64,000 nucleotides of DNA, taken from positions 32,001 to 96,000 of the IMG/VR virus record IMGVR_UViG_2706795740_000001; one strand, given 5' to 3'. The notes below the pieces were generated by a model that did not search any database, was not told the DNA's origin, and saw only the letters and a list, made by a program, of their open reading frames with translations. The DNA comes from a virus (taxonomy: Duplodnaviria > Caudoviricetes). Made by a program: the position numbers and the translations under genes. Shown here one piece after another: positions 21,335-30,891 of the stretch (the stretch's first letter is position 1; every line of letters begins with the position of its first letter).

Positions 21335-24300
21335 TTGTCCCAATGCAATGGGAAAAGGATTTCTCAATACAATGGGAACGGAAGTGAAGCAATGGATAAT
21401 GTATTTAAGCCCAGTGACGAAGATTCGCCTTCTGGCGTTTATGCCGTTTCCTCTGATAACAATGACCTTGAAATGAATCTCCGGGTACGTAGTGATTACA
21501 GCGAGGTTATAGATATTACCGGGGTAGTTTTTGGTTACGATAAGAAGTCTGAGATAACTGTCAAAGCTAATCGTATCAGTGACATAGGCGGTCGAATCGG
21601 GGTACGTCTTCGTAGTCAAATGACGGGCAATACTGACATCTTGGGAACGGGCGATAATGATGTTGTATCTGGCATTGATGTAAAGCAAGTATCTAATTTG
21701 CCTTCGGTGTTAGGCGTAGCACCTTCCAACCCCATGACAGCAATCGTGGACATTCAACAGCCTGCAAGAATCACTGATGCAATCACAGCAAAACGTGATG
21801 CATTTATTCGGGAAGGCCTGCCCAAGTTGAACTATGGCGGGGAGCAGACGTTGAGTGTTGGCCACAGCGCTACTAGAAGAGAAGTGTTTCGTAGCTTAAT
21901 CGGGTTCGATATTCAGAACATCATATCTCTGAATTCCGACTACAAACTTGAGAAGATTGTACTAAAGCTGAAGCATTCTATCGGCAGAACTCCGACAATT
22001 CCACTTGAACTGAGGGCTGTGAGTGGTACATGGACAGAGTACGGAGTAACTTGGAACAACCAACCATTAAGCGGCGATGTGGTGAGTGTCGGAGGCTTTG
22101 ATGCTAATGACGAGAAAGGCTTCATCACTTTCAATATCACCCCATTTATCAATCAAGCCAAAGAGCAGGGCATTGGTGTTGTTGATTTCTACCTTCGAGC
22201 GGTAGATGAATCTGACAGTGTTGTTCAGTTCTTTTCAATAGAAGCGGGGTTAAGTCTTGCACCTACAATTGAATACACTTACTTTGATGAAGTGGTCAGA
22301 AGCACGGGCCGTTCGAACCTTGACTCGGAAATTTTGGTAATGCATCCAAGAGAGCTTGATCTGTTAGGTAGAATAAACGTCCACAAACATCCGGGCTTCG
22401 ATGACACAGATTCAAAAATCATGGTTACGCCATCCGGTAAACGCTTTGAGAACTTCCCTAGCAGAATTATTGTCAGTCGTCCAGAAATGTCGGTCAAAGG
22501 AACAATCAGGAGAACAGAATGGACAGGCATTACAACTCAAATGTTCGTAAGAGAGGCTGGACTGCATGACATTGATGTCTGCACTGTTACAGTGTCCAAG
22601 CCATCTTTGCCATCGAGCATGTATGTACTATACAGGGATGATGCACCATCTCAATTGAATGTTCGAGTATGGGAAGAAGACGACTTGTTCAGTTGGGGGC
22701 TGGTAAACACCAGAGAGCGTCCCGCGACAATCAATGTAAGACCTTACGTCAGCTTGAACAGCAAAATTACTGTAAGACGGAACATTGATAATGACTTGAA
22801 ATCTGTGTTTAGTGTCAGTGAGCGCGTCCGTGTTGGCCATATTTACGTATTGTACCGTAGCAATCTTCTTTCATCTGTTACCGCACAGGGTGGGGATAAC
22901 AGCAACATATCATCGAGTATTATTGCAAACCAAGTCCAGTTATCAGGGATGCTTAAGGTCAATCCATACTACGATTTCAAGTGCCGTATTGCAGTAAGGT
23001 ACTCGAAATTGACGACTATCAATGGCGAACTGTTCGTCTCAAGGCCTCAGATGGCTGGTAGCATCTTCCCAATAATCCATAACAGTTTGGATGGAAGTAT
23101 TACTGTAAGGCAAAATGCTGGAGGAGAGTTGCAATCTAGCATCTACGCTTTGAACAGAAGCAACATTCCATCTCTAATAGAAATTTGTGGAGCAAGCAAG
23201 ATACTTTCCAGCATTCATGTGCTTTCAGGGAACTTGTTCAGCAGAATCAGCATACCTCGCTACGATAACGAAGATGTGCTTTTCAATTTCATTGTAAGAC
23301 AGAAGATGGCAAGTGATGTTGATTCACAAATTAATGTAGCTACATTTAGTCTACTTGATGGCTCTATTGCTGTTAGACAGAACGTTGATAAAGAATTGGA
23401 TAGTAAAATCAGAGTGAAGCAGACCGAGCGTAGCGATTTACCTACAAGCGTAGAGGTTTGGATTATCAGCGACAAAAAAAGCACTATCACTGCCCGTAGG
23501 TCAGATACGAAAGACATCAAGTCTTCAGTTTACGTCCTGTCTCATGCAGATATTTTGTGTCGAATCCACGTCCAAAATCGTTCCGATCTGAAGGGTAAAA
23601 TCCTTCCGATGCACAGAGGTAACTCTGATCTCCCATCCATGATGCAAGCCAAGATTCCTGCCTACAGTGACATTGAATCTATGCTGAATGTTACGCAGGG
23701 CGGGTCAAGGGATATTGTCTCTACATTAGGGGTTGCTCCGACTGGAAAAATGACAGCAATCGTGGATATAGTTCAGCCAGTACGTGAGCAAATAACTCTG
23801 ACAGTAGTCAAGGATGCTTACGTACGAGAAGACGTTCCAACCCTGAACTATGGGGAAGACACTTCATTTGCGGTAGGCGACTACAACAGCAAGAAGCTAC
23901 GCTCATTGCTCGGATTCGACATCTCTAAGCTGAAAGCTGGCCATGAGATAGATAAGGTCGAACTCAAGCTATACTATGGTCAAAAACCTACCAAGGCACT
24001 ACGTTTGATGGGAGTTAAGGGTAAATGGACGGAGACCGGAGTAACATGGGATAATCAACCTTCAGTTGCTAACGAGATTGCAACAAAGTACCTGACAAAT
24101 AGCAATGAAGGGTATGCGGCTTTCGATGTTACCCAGTACATCATTGATAACTACAAGGCGGGGAGCATCTTAGTTGATTTCTTCCTTGTGGCGGCTGATG
24201 AGGCTGAAGGAAAATATGAGTACTTCTTCTCTAAGGAATCCCAGACTTATGCTCCTGAGTTACAGGTAACGTACTACGACCCTACGGTTTGGAGTTTTGG

Positions 24301-26044
24301 ACAGGCAAGTCTGGAATCCATCACTGTAGTTCCTTATCGAAAGAACATGAGTGCTAAGTTGCAGGTTCGAGTGCCTGCATGGCTGGACGTAAGTATTCCT
24401 GCAAGCCTTGAAGTAACTCGTAACAATGAGCTTGTCTGTACCATCACGACAAGCAAGCCAAGTTTGCACTCTGAGATTGAGGTCTACTACAGACTTGAAA
24501 GTGAAATTGCTACAATATTAGCAGTCACAAACCGTAATTCTGATGGCATTGTCGGGTCAATCGCAGTAAGCAAGCCTGAGATTCCAATTAGTTTTTACGT
24601 CCTGAGCAGGGGAGACATCATTTCCGAAGTGGGCGTAAGAGTTGAAAAGGAACAAGACTTCTTCTCTTGGTTGGCAATCAACGCAAGAGAAAGACATTCT
24701 ACCATCTACGTACTAAACCATCACGGTATTCAGTTGTCCTTTACAGTTCAGGGCGTTAAAGCCGAAGATTTACCTTCGGTTATGGCGGTATCGAGAGACA
24801 GCCTTGATGGGTCGGTCATAGTCCAACAGAACGTAGAAACTGAACTTCCTTCTAAAGCTATTGTCCAGCACAGCAAGGAAGCTGATTTGCAAGGAAGTAT
24901 AGCTGTATACATCGCAGTGGAAAAGAACCTTTACTCTCAACTGGTTGTTAAAGAGGTAAGGGCGGATGGGCAAGAGGCACTCGAGAGTAAATTGGAAGTA
25001 AGAGGCAGTAAGAACGGTGACATTACAAGTACCGTATATGTAAAGTACATTTATGACATCGTAGGCAATATAGGTGTAGTAGGGGCAAGCAAGCTCCCCA
25101 CAACCATCCGGGTCATCTCAGGTAACTTGGCTTCAGTCATAGCCATTCCTGATTACGATGAGGCTAGCTTGGCTGGTAGTTTTGAGGTAAAGACAAGATA
25201 TATTAGCGAGATATCTTCAACTCTACGGATACGAGAATGGTCTCAAGTAGTCGGGCAGATTGTAGTACGAAGCCAGATGGACGAAAATCTTTTAAGTGAA
25301 ATCCTAGTTTACCAAAAGGGCATTACTGACATTGTGTCTACAATTGCACCGATAATGAATGCGCCGCTTCCTTCTCGAATAGGGGTACGTTTCGACAATC
25401 AAATGACGGGCAATACTGGCGTCATTCCGGTGGGGGATGCTGTCCTTGGTTCAGAAATTCAAGTGAATCCCGCATCAAATTTAGCCAGTGTTATTACGGT
25501 AGTAAACAATGCTGAAGATATCTTGACATCTAGTCTTTGGGCTAAGGTATGCGATATCAACGAGATTCCTATGAACCTGAGCATTATATACAGGGGGAAC
25601 TCAGCCCTTAATTCTTACGTGGGAGTGCCCCCACTTAATAAGCTGACAGGTAAAGTCTTCATCATACCTGTGCAGGACATAGACTTTCTATCGAACATTG
25701 AAGTACATGTCCATAAAAATCTTATCTCCAAGATCACAGTTCGAGAAACAGCGCAGAAAGACTTGAACTCCGTCATTGAAGTACATCATTTCTCGGAATT
25801 GGTGGGCATAGCAACTGTCAGACACTCGGAGAGCATTAACCTACCTTCCAAAATTAATGCCTTACAGTATGTTGTATTACCGTCCATAATCACTGTCAGT
25901 AGGCAGGGGGACAGCAACATGTCGTCCGATATCTACGTCCTCTACCATAAGGACTTACTGGCCAAATTGCATGTGCTGTACCATAAGGACTTGCAACTTA
26001 CGATTGATGTAGTTGCGGATTACGGATACTGCTTCATTATGTAG
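21335..26044 (+). CDS. Large repeat protein with two DNRLRE (CBM96-like) domains
   Basis: DAFIREG.P.LNYG...RSL.GFDI...WTE.GVTW.NQP occurs twice; ~15-aa beta repeats; TTG 21335 follows RBS. Confidence 0.75.
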   Translation: MSQCNGKRISQYNGNGSEAMDNVFKPSDEDSPSGVYAVSSDNNDLEMNLRVRSDYSEVIDITGVVFGYDKKSEITVKANRISDIGGRIGVRLRSQMTGNTDILGTGDNDVVSGIDVKQVSNLPSVLGVAPSNPMTAIVDIQQPARITDAITAKRDAFIREGLPKLNYGGEQTLSVGHSATRREVFRSLIGFDIQNIISLNSDYKLEKIVLKLKHSIGRTPTIPLELRAVSGTWTEYGVTWNNQPLSGDVVSVGGFDANDEKGFITFNITPFINQAKEQGIGVVDFYLRAVDESDSVVQFFSIEAGLSLAPTIEYTYFDEVVRSTGRSNLDSEILVMHPRELDLLGRINVHKHPGFDDTDSKIMVTPSGKRFENFPSRIIVSRPEMSVKGTIRRTEWTGITTQMFVREAGLHDIDVCTVTVSKPSLPSSMYVLYRDDAPSQLNVRVWEEDDLFSWGLVNTRERPATINVRPYVSLNSKITVRRNIDNDLKSVFSVSERVRVGHIYVLYRSNLLSSVTAQGGDNSNISSSIIANQVQLSGMLKVNPYYDFKCRIAVRYSKLTTINGELFVSRPQMAGSIFPIIHNSLDGSITVRQNAGGELQSSIYALNRSNIPSLIEICGASKILSSIHVLSGNLFSRISIPRYDNEDVLFNFIVRQKMASDVDSQINVATFSLLDGSIAVRQNVDKELDSKIRVKQTERSDLPTSVEVWIISDKKSTITARRSDTKDIKSSVYVLSHADILCRIHVQNRSDLKGKILPMHRGNSDLPSMMQAKIPAYSDIESMLNVTQGGSRDIVSTLGVAPTGKMTAIVDIVQPVREQITLTVVKDAYVREDVPTLNYGEDTSFAVGDYNSKKLRSLLGFDISKLKAGHEIDKVELKLYYGQKPTKALRLMGVKGKWTETGVTWDNQPSVANEIATKYLTNSNEGYAAFDVTQYIIDNYKAGSILVDFFLVAADEAEGKYEYFFSKESQTYAPELQVTYYDPTVWSFGQASLESITVVPYRKNMSAKLQVRVPAWLDVSIPASLEVTRNNELVCTITTSKPSLHSEIEVYYRLESEIATILAVTNRNSDGIVGSIAVSKPEIPISFYVLSRGDIISEVGVRVEKEQDFFSWLAINARERHSTIYVLNHHGIQLSFTVQGVKAEDLPSVMAVSRDSLDGSVIVQQNVETELPSKAIVQHSKEADLQGSIAVYIAVEKNLYSQLVVKEVRADGQEALESKLEVRGSKNGDITSTVYVKYIYDIVGNIGVVGASKLPTTIRVISGNLASVIAIPDYDEASLAGSFEVKTRYISEISSTLRIREWSQVVGQIVVRSQMDENLLSEILVYQKGITDIVSTIAPIMNAPLPSRIGVRFDNQMTGNTGVIPVGDAVLGSEIQVNPASNLASVITVVNNAEDILTSSLWAKVCDINEIPMNLSIIYRGNSALNSYVGVPPLNKLTGKVFIIPVQDIDFLSNIEVHVHKNLISKITVRETAQKDLNSVIEVHHFSELVGIATVRHSESINLPSKINALQYVVLPSIITVSRQGDSNMSSDIYVLYHKDLLAKLHVLYHKDLQLTIDVVADYGYCFIM

Positions 26045-26047
26045 TGC

Positions 26048-26082
26048 AAAAGCCCCTACCGTACTTGGTAGGGGTTATTTTT
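26048..26082. terminator. Bidirectional terminator
   Basis: AAAA-GCCCCTACC-loop-GGTAGGGGT-T-run between convergent genes. Confidence 0.75.
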
Positions 26083-26095
26083 TGTTACTATTTAC

Positions 26096-26974
26096 TTATA
26101 TTGTATTTGCAAGGGGATGATATTTCGCAAAAGTCTCTTTTTTATTTTTCTTAGAGATTTGAGCATAGATTTTAGTTGTGGCAATATCCTCATGCCCAAG
26201 ATACTCCTGAACAATCGCCATGTCGCAACCATTATCCAACAAGTGGGTAGCGTAACTGTGACGGAACACATGGGGGCTGACGGCTCTAGGGTCTATGCCA
26301 GATATAGAGGCAACACGCTTTACAACCTTGTAAATACCTTCCCTAGACATGGGGGCTGAAGGGTCTAGTTTGCTAGGCAATAGCCAACCCGAAGTAATCT
26401 TATGCTTGAACATAAATAGCTTGATTAATTCGAGGCAACCTGCATGGATAGGGTTCTCGCGAGTCTTCTTTCCTTTGCCTTTCATCCGAATGAAGCCCTC
26501 TTCAAAATTAATGTCCTCAACTCTAATTTTTGCTATCTCACTAACGCGTCCACCTAACCCATAAAGTAGCTCGATAATGAGTTGATCTTTCAATCTATGC
26601 TCGGTTGCCGTGGTGATAAGAGAATTTACATCAGTCTTAGAGATTGCTTTCGGTAGTGGCTTTTCTTTTTTACCGCATTTAACTTGGGCGGCAGGCGAGT
26701 CTTTGACAGCATGCTCAATATCTACAAGATATTTAAAGAAGGTTTTGAGTGAGCAAAGCATCCGGTTAATAGAGCTACGTGCTCTACCTAGAACGTCCAG
26801 ATGTGCTATGTACATGCGGATATGTGAAGGCGTTATTTCAGTAACGTCTTTAGGGGTCTTCTCGAAATCCAAGAAGTTAATAATGTCTCTTTCATAGCTG
26901 TCAATAGTGTGCTTGGAAGAGTTTTTGTCCGTTTGCAGGTACAGCTTGAAAGATTCAACATAATTCATTGACAC
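26096..26974 (-). CDS. XerC/XerD-like tyrosine recombinase
   Basis: SAM-like N-terminus, GGRVSE, GKGKKTR, HVFRHSYATHLL, LGH..IATTKIY catalytic motifs. Confidence 0.93.
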   Translation of the reverse strand: MSMNYVESFKLYLQTDKNSSKHTIDSYERDIINFLDFEKTPKDVTEITPSHIRMYIAHLDVLGRARSSINRMLCSLKTFFKYLVDIEHAVKDSPAAQVKCGKKEKPLPKAISKTDVNSLITTATEHRLKDQLIIELLYGLGGRVSEIAKIRVEDINFEEGFIRMKGKGKKTRENPIHAGCLELIKLFMFKHKITSGWLLPSKLDPSAPMSREGIYKVVKRVASISGIDPRAVSPHVFRHSYATHLLDNGCDMAIVQEYLGHEDIATTKIYAQISKKNKKETFAKYHPLANTI

Positions 26975-27006
26975 GATTCATTCCCCCTGTTTGTTATCAT
27001 AATCCA

Positions 27007-27035
27007 ATTATAGCACGGGTTATGTGACCTGTCAA
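27007..27035 (-). promoter_or_regulatory. Perfect SigA promoter for the recombinase
   Basis: TTGACA-17 nt-TATAAT with extended TG on the minus strand. Confidence 0.85.
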
Positions 27036-27061
27036 ATGTTGCTAGGTATCATAGAAAGAGG

Positions 27062-27367
27062 GTGAGCAGAATGGATGCAGGAGTAATCACAGCAATAGTT
27101 GGGGGTGTTGTTTCCGTCATTACCGGATACATCGGTTATGCAAGTGGGCGGAGCAAGGATAGGGTCACTGACAGGGAACTTCTCTCAAAAGATGAACAAG
27201 CCTTTCGTGCCGAACTAAGGGAAGAATTGAGAGTTTACAAGGAAGAAATTAAACGACTAAGTGACGAGATTCAGGTTCTTCGTAAAGAGAACTTGGAACT
27301 GATTACTGAAAACAGGCAATTGAATGCCAAGGTCGAAGAGCTGGTCACTAGGATTGGAGGGATGTAA
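27062..27367 (+). CDS. Single-TM coiled-coil lysis-associated protein
   Basis: N-terminal TM plus heptad coil; upstream of endolysin. Confidence 0.6.
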   Translation: MSRMDAGVITAIVGGVVSVITGYIGYASGRSKDRVTDRELLSKDEQAFRAELREELRVYKEEIKRLSDEIQVLRKENLELITENRQLNAKVEELVTRIGGM

Positions 27368-27368
27368 C

Positions 27369-27728
27369 GTGCGGGGATTTCTAAAGAGAGCTTTTTGGAA
27401 TGATGATGATGGATTTTCAGCTAAGGACTTTCTAATGGTTCTCTTTGGAGGTCTCTACGCACTGTTCCTGATCGCGGCGTTTGTCATGCCGTTATTCGGG
27501 ATAGTGAATGCTGTAGCTTTAACAATCATTACGGAAATGACCCCGTTGATTATGACTATCGTGGGCGGAGTCTTCGCAGTGCAGTCCGTGAAAGAATTCC
27601 GTAATCCTAGCACTGCAATTAATTATCAACAGCCAGATAGTTTAAGTGAAAGAGACTCTGTCACTGGTAAAGACGAACAGGACGAGGGTGTAGACTTAAG
27701 CACGACAAGCAACACCCCACGAATTTAG
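27369..27728 (+). CDS. Holin-like two-TM protein
   Basis: Two hydrophobic helices; GTG 27369 after GGAGG. Confidence 0.6.
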   Translation: MRGFLKRAFWNDDDGFSAKDFLMVLFGGLYALFLIAAFVMPLFGIVNAVALTIITEMTPLIMTIVGGVFAVQSVKEFRNPSTAINYQQPDSLSERDSVTGKDEQDEGVDLSTTSNTPRI

Positions 27729-27736
27729 TAGAAAGG

Positions 27737-28528
27737 GTGGTAGGTGTGAGTTTTAAGATGAAATACCCTATTGAGAAAAAGTACCTCCCAAACAAGTCTA
27801 AGAGACGTTCCGGTATTCTGATTCCAAAGGTAGGCTTTATCGTAGCGCATGATACTGGTAACGATGGGAGCACGGCCTTGGGAAACATCAACTGGTATAC
27901 TAACACAGCTTACCAACAAGACCCGTCGGCCCACACTTTCATCGACGATCAACATATCGTAGAGTGTATTCCTGCAACTACAGGAGCGCCTGAGAAAGCT
28001 TGGCATGTACTTTATGAAAAAACAATCGACAATGAATTGTTTGGCGATGATGCTAACGATATAGCGATTGGGGTAGAACTTTGCTACAGCTATAAGAAAG
28101 GCTCTATCAATAACGCAGAAGCTTATAAGCGTTATGTGTGGTACATGGCTTATCTGTGTTATAAGTTTGGTCTTGACCCTGCTACGAAGATTACAGGTCA
28201 CTTTATTCTTGACCCCGAACGTAAGACCGACCCACAGAATGCTCTCACCAAGTACGGCAAGAACTTCGACATTCTAGTGAAGGATGTAGTCGCTGAGTAT
28301 AAGGCATGTACGGCAGGGGAGACGCCAAAATCTAAGGTATTGGAGGATGATTCATCTATGAAACTCAATGATTGGGCATTCGATATGCTAGTTGAGGCAC
28401 TTACAGAGTTTAAGTCTGAAGGGTACTTTACTGACGATGCGTGGATTGCCAAGGCAAAGAACAAGACGCTCACTGCGTCAGAGTTGGCCTTCTTGAATAC
28501 GATCATGCTGAAAAAGGCGGTGAAGTAA
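27737..28528 (+). CDS. Endolysin, N-acetylmuramoyl-L-alanine amidase (Amidase_2)
   Basis: IVAHDTGN, SAHTFIDD, AWHV, IGVELC, ITGH..DP motifs. Confidence 0.9.
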   Translation: MVGVSFKMKYPIEKKYLPNKSKRRSGILIPKVGFIVAHDTGNDGSTALGNINWYTNTAYQQDPSAHTFIDDQHIVECIPATTGAPEKAWHVLYEKTIDNELFGDDANDIAIGVELCYSYKKGSINNAEAYKRYVWYMAYLCYKFGLDPATKITGHFILDPERKTDPQNALTKYGKNFDILVKDVVAEYKACTAGETPKSKVLEDDSSMKLNDWAFDMLVEALTEFKSEGYFTDDAWIAKAKNKTLTASELAFLNTIMLKKAVK

Positions 28529-28828
28529 ATGGAAATGATTGCTATGTTCATACTTGTGGCTTTCCTAACAGAGACCTTAACTGAGATTCTTAAAAACATG
28601 ATACCGAACGATACAATACAAGACAAAGGTACTTATGTGTTGTCTATTGTTATCGGTGTCATTCTTGCTTATGCTTTTGCTCTAAACCCATTTGCTTTAG
28701 TCGGTGCGGCCAAGCATGTATCCATTGTATCGGCGGGACTGATTGCAAGCCGTGGAGCAAACTTTGTTAACGGCTTCATGAAGCAGGTTGGAATCATTAA
28801 ATCCGGTAGCCTCAATCAAAAGAAGTGA
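28529..28828 (+). CDS. Holin
   Basis: Three TM segments, GLIASRGANFV motif, basic C-terminus. Confidence 0.75.
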   Translation: MEMIAMFILVAFLTETLTEILKNMIPNDTIQDKGTYVLSIVIGVILAYAFALNPFALVGAAKHVSIVSAGLIASRGANFVNGFMKQVGIIKSGSLNQKK

Positions 28829-28852
28829 CCCCGTTAAGGGGTCTTTTCATTT
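28826..28852 (+). terminator. Intrinsic terminator
   Basis: GACCCC-GTTAA-GGGGTC plus T-run. Confidence 0.7.
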
Positions 28853-28864
28853 TCACCTATATAA

Positions 28865-28892
28865 ACTAATTGCAGTATGTACTAATTGTACA
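28865..28892 (+). promoter_or_regulatory. Ter-like RTP binding site 1
   Basis: ACTAATTGCAGTATGTACTAATTGTACA resembles B. subtilis Ter (ACTAA-N6-TATGTACYAAATNTTCA). Confidence 0.8.
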
Positions 28893-28935
28893 TAAACCTC
28901 CCTATTAGCAAATATTATCTAATACGGGGATTGTT

Positions 28936-28963
28936 TGTACAATTAGTACATAGTACAATAGGT
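28936..28963 (-). promoter_or_regulatory. Ter-like RTP binding site 2 (inverted), overlapping putative rtp promoter TTGTTT-17-TACAAT
   Basis: Reverse complement ACCTATTGTACTATGTACTAATTGTACA; 17-bp core identical to site 1. Confidence 0.8.
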
Positions 28964-29006
28964 ATCAATAGGGCCAAATTTTACATTAAACGGGTGATGT
29001 GATATA

Positions 29007-29381
29007 ATGATGAAAAGAAATAATCGAGAACGGAACTTTTTAACTAAACAACGAGCGTTTTTAAAAGTCTATTTGATCACAAAGATAAAAAAGGGAAGAA
29101 GTTACGGATTACAGTTGGCCAGAGAGCTTGCAGATGAATTTATACGAGATGGTTTTGTCCCAACTAGTGCTGAAGTTTACCGTTCACTTGATGAGCTAGT
29201 CGAACAGGGAATTGTCTCACGGCACACTCAGTTGCAAGAGGGGACGGAGAAAAAGCCGATCATAATCTATAAAATTAGTGACCTACATAGAGCCGATTCA
29301 TACTTACAGCTTGTGCAACAAGATTTAAAAAGGTCTCAGAGATTGATAGAGAAAGCGTTAAAAGACAATTTCCATAAATAG
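29007..29381 (+). CDS. rtp: Replication terminator protein
   Basis: FLxKQRAFLKxY, YGL, EVYRSLxEL, LIEKALxDNF align end to end with B. subtilis RTP. Confidence 0.9.
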   Translation: MMKRNNRERNFLTKQRAFLKVYLITKIKKGRSYGLQLARELADEFIRDGFVPTSAEVYRSLDELVEQGIVSRHTQLQEGTEKKPIIIYKISDLHRADSYLQLVQQDLKRSQRLIEKALKDNFHK

Positions 29382-29392
29382 AAATGAAAATC

Positions 29393-29418
29393 AAGCCTGC
29401 ATATCGTAGGCTTTTTAT
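29393..29418 (+). terminator. Intrinsic terminator
   Basis: AAGCCTGC...GTAGGCTT plus T-run. Confidence 0.6.
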
Positions 29419-29803
29419 ATTGCGTTTTAAGAGGTTTTATTTCTTAACCTTATTTTTACATGGGCAACTTTATTTTAAAGCTCAAAACCGACGTATGGGC
29501 TTCTTGTGATGTTAATTCCTTGAAGTGCCGACCAGAAAACTTGACCGATCATGATTATATGTGATATGATTATTTATTTAAAGATTTATTATGGTTCAGT
29601 GCTTAAAACTGCTCTTTCATGAACTGAAAATAAGAAAGTAGACAATATGTCTATTGCCTACTCACCTATTTGTTGTCGAATGACACAAACATGTATACCA
29701 TTTTATCGTATTACTGTAGCTTTCAAAAACCTTGATCAAAAGTTCAATAATGTTTAACTGTTATCTTTAATGTCAAAGCTGATATCAAAATTATTAGTGG
29801 GAG

Positions 29804-30010
29804 TTGAAATTTTTGATCGGCACTCTAACAAAGAATTTTCAGGGTAGATATTCCTTGCCTAATGGACAATACTTTACAACAGGCGATGAAATTGAGGTTA
29901 AGCTAGATATAACTTGGATAAAAACAAGCGTACATCATGACTTAAAAGATTATTACCTAGTTGATTATCCAAATGTTCCAATGGAAGGATTATTGGCAAG
30001 GAAGCCATAA
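29804..30010 (+). CDS. DUF5348-like small protein
   Basis: GRY...G..IEV....WI.......YYL pattern. Confidence 0.5.
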   Translation: MKFLIGTLTKNFQGRYSLPNGQYFTTGDEIEVKLDITWIKTSVHHDLKDYYLVDYPNVPMEGLLARKP

Positions 30011-30025
30011 GGATTGATAGAGCAT

Positions 30026-30262
30026 TTATCTCTTATCATCCCACTTGTACATGTTTGCATCAATATCATCTATGGCACTTTGTACGTTATCGTATGAGCG
30101 TTGCCAAAAATGATTGTGGTCAATCACGTAACCAAGTCTATCTCCAGTCGAAGGGTTCGCTCCCCTAAGAGTACAAATATCAATTCCACGGTGGATGTAT
30201 ACAGACACATAACGATCATCAATATCAGGGTTTTGCACTTGTGGTGCGATACGAGTTTTCAT
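30026..30262 (-). CDS. Hypothetical protein
   Basis: RBS GGAGG before ATG 30262. Confidence 0.55.
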   Translation of the reverse strand: MKTRIAPQVQNPDIDDRYVSVYIHRGIDICTLRGANPSTGDRLGYVIDHNHFWQRSYDNVQSAIDDIDANMYKWDDKR

Positions 30263-30371
30263 ATAAATCCTCCTTACAATGTTATCCTGTGCTGTACGAG
30301 CCATTTTAAGGGACGAAAACAAAATCTTATTGATCACTTGCCTTAAACGTTTGCTTTTGAAGCTGATATTT

Positions 30372-30803
30372 TTAGCCTTCTTCCTCTAGCAATGGGTTAT
30401 ATTGTTGACCCTCTTTCTTTCTATTCAGGAGTATATTCCATTTATCTCCTTCCTTCACTGTCGTAAAAGCGACTTTATTTATGATGTTCTTATCATTAGC
30501 GCCCTCACGGCTCCTAAATTTTATTTCAGTGATTACCTCACATTTCCCTTCATCTACACATTCACTACTAATTACTTTGAAATATTCCATTGGTGCTTTG
30601 ACATTAGAGGTTACAAACGCTTCCTTGGTAGGTGGATTATCAGCACTTACCATGCCGTATGCTTCTTCTTCTTTATAATCTTTCAAAGCTTGTAAGTAAT
30701 TAGATACTAGTGCTTCCTGTGGGGAAGGCTCTTTAGAAGCACAGCCAGTTAAAGCTAAAGACGCCACTAAGATGGCACTGAAAATACTTTTACAATTTTC
30801 CAT
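30372..30803 (-). CDS. Lipoprotein (NTF2/DUF4878-like)
   Basis: Lipobox LTGC; KEGDKWNI C-terminal motif. Confidence 0.7.
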   Translation of the reverse strand: MENCKSIFSAILVASLALTGCASKEPSPQEALVSNYLQALKDYKEEEAYGMVSADNPPTKEAFVTSNVKAPMEYFKVISSECVDEGKCEVITEIKFRSREGANDKNIINKVAFTTVKEGDKWNILLNRKKEGQQYNPLLEEEG

Positions 30804-30891
30804 TTTTTCACCTCAAAATACTTTTTTTGTAAAAATTGGTATGGTATAATAATAGTGTATCACACAATAGAAAAATAGAGGTGGGATTTTT

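Noticed and set aside
16023-26974. Shufflon/invertase system (recombinase next to adhesin genes)
   Set aside because: No inverted partial gene cassettes or inverted crossover repeats were seen; repeats inside 21335..26044 are direct and explained by internal duplication
28980-29008. TTTACA-17-TATAAT promoter for rtp
   Set aside because: The -10 box overlaps the start codon, so the transcript would lack the RBS and first ATG
29007-29381. Generic PadR regulator
   Set aside because: End-to-end match to RTP plus adjacent Ter-like sites is a better explanation
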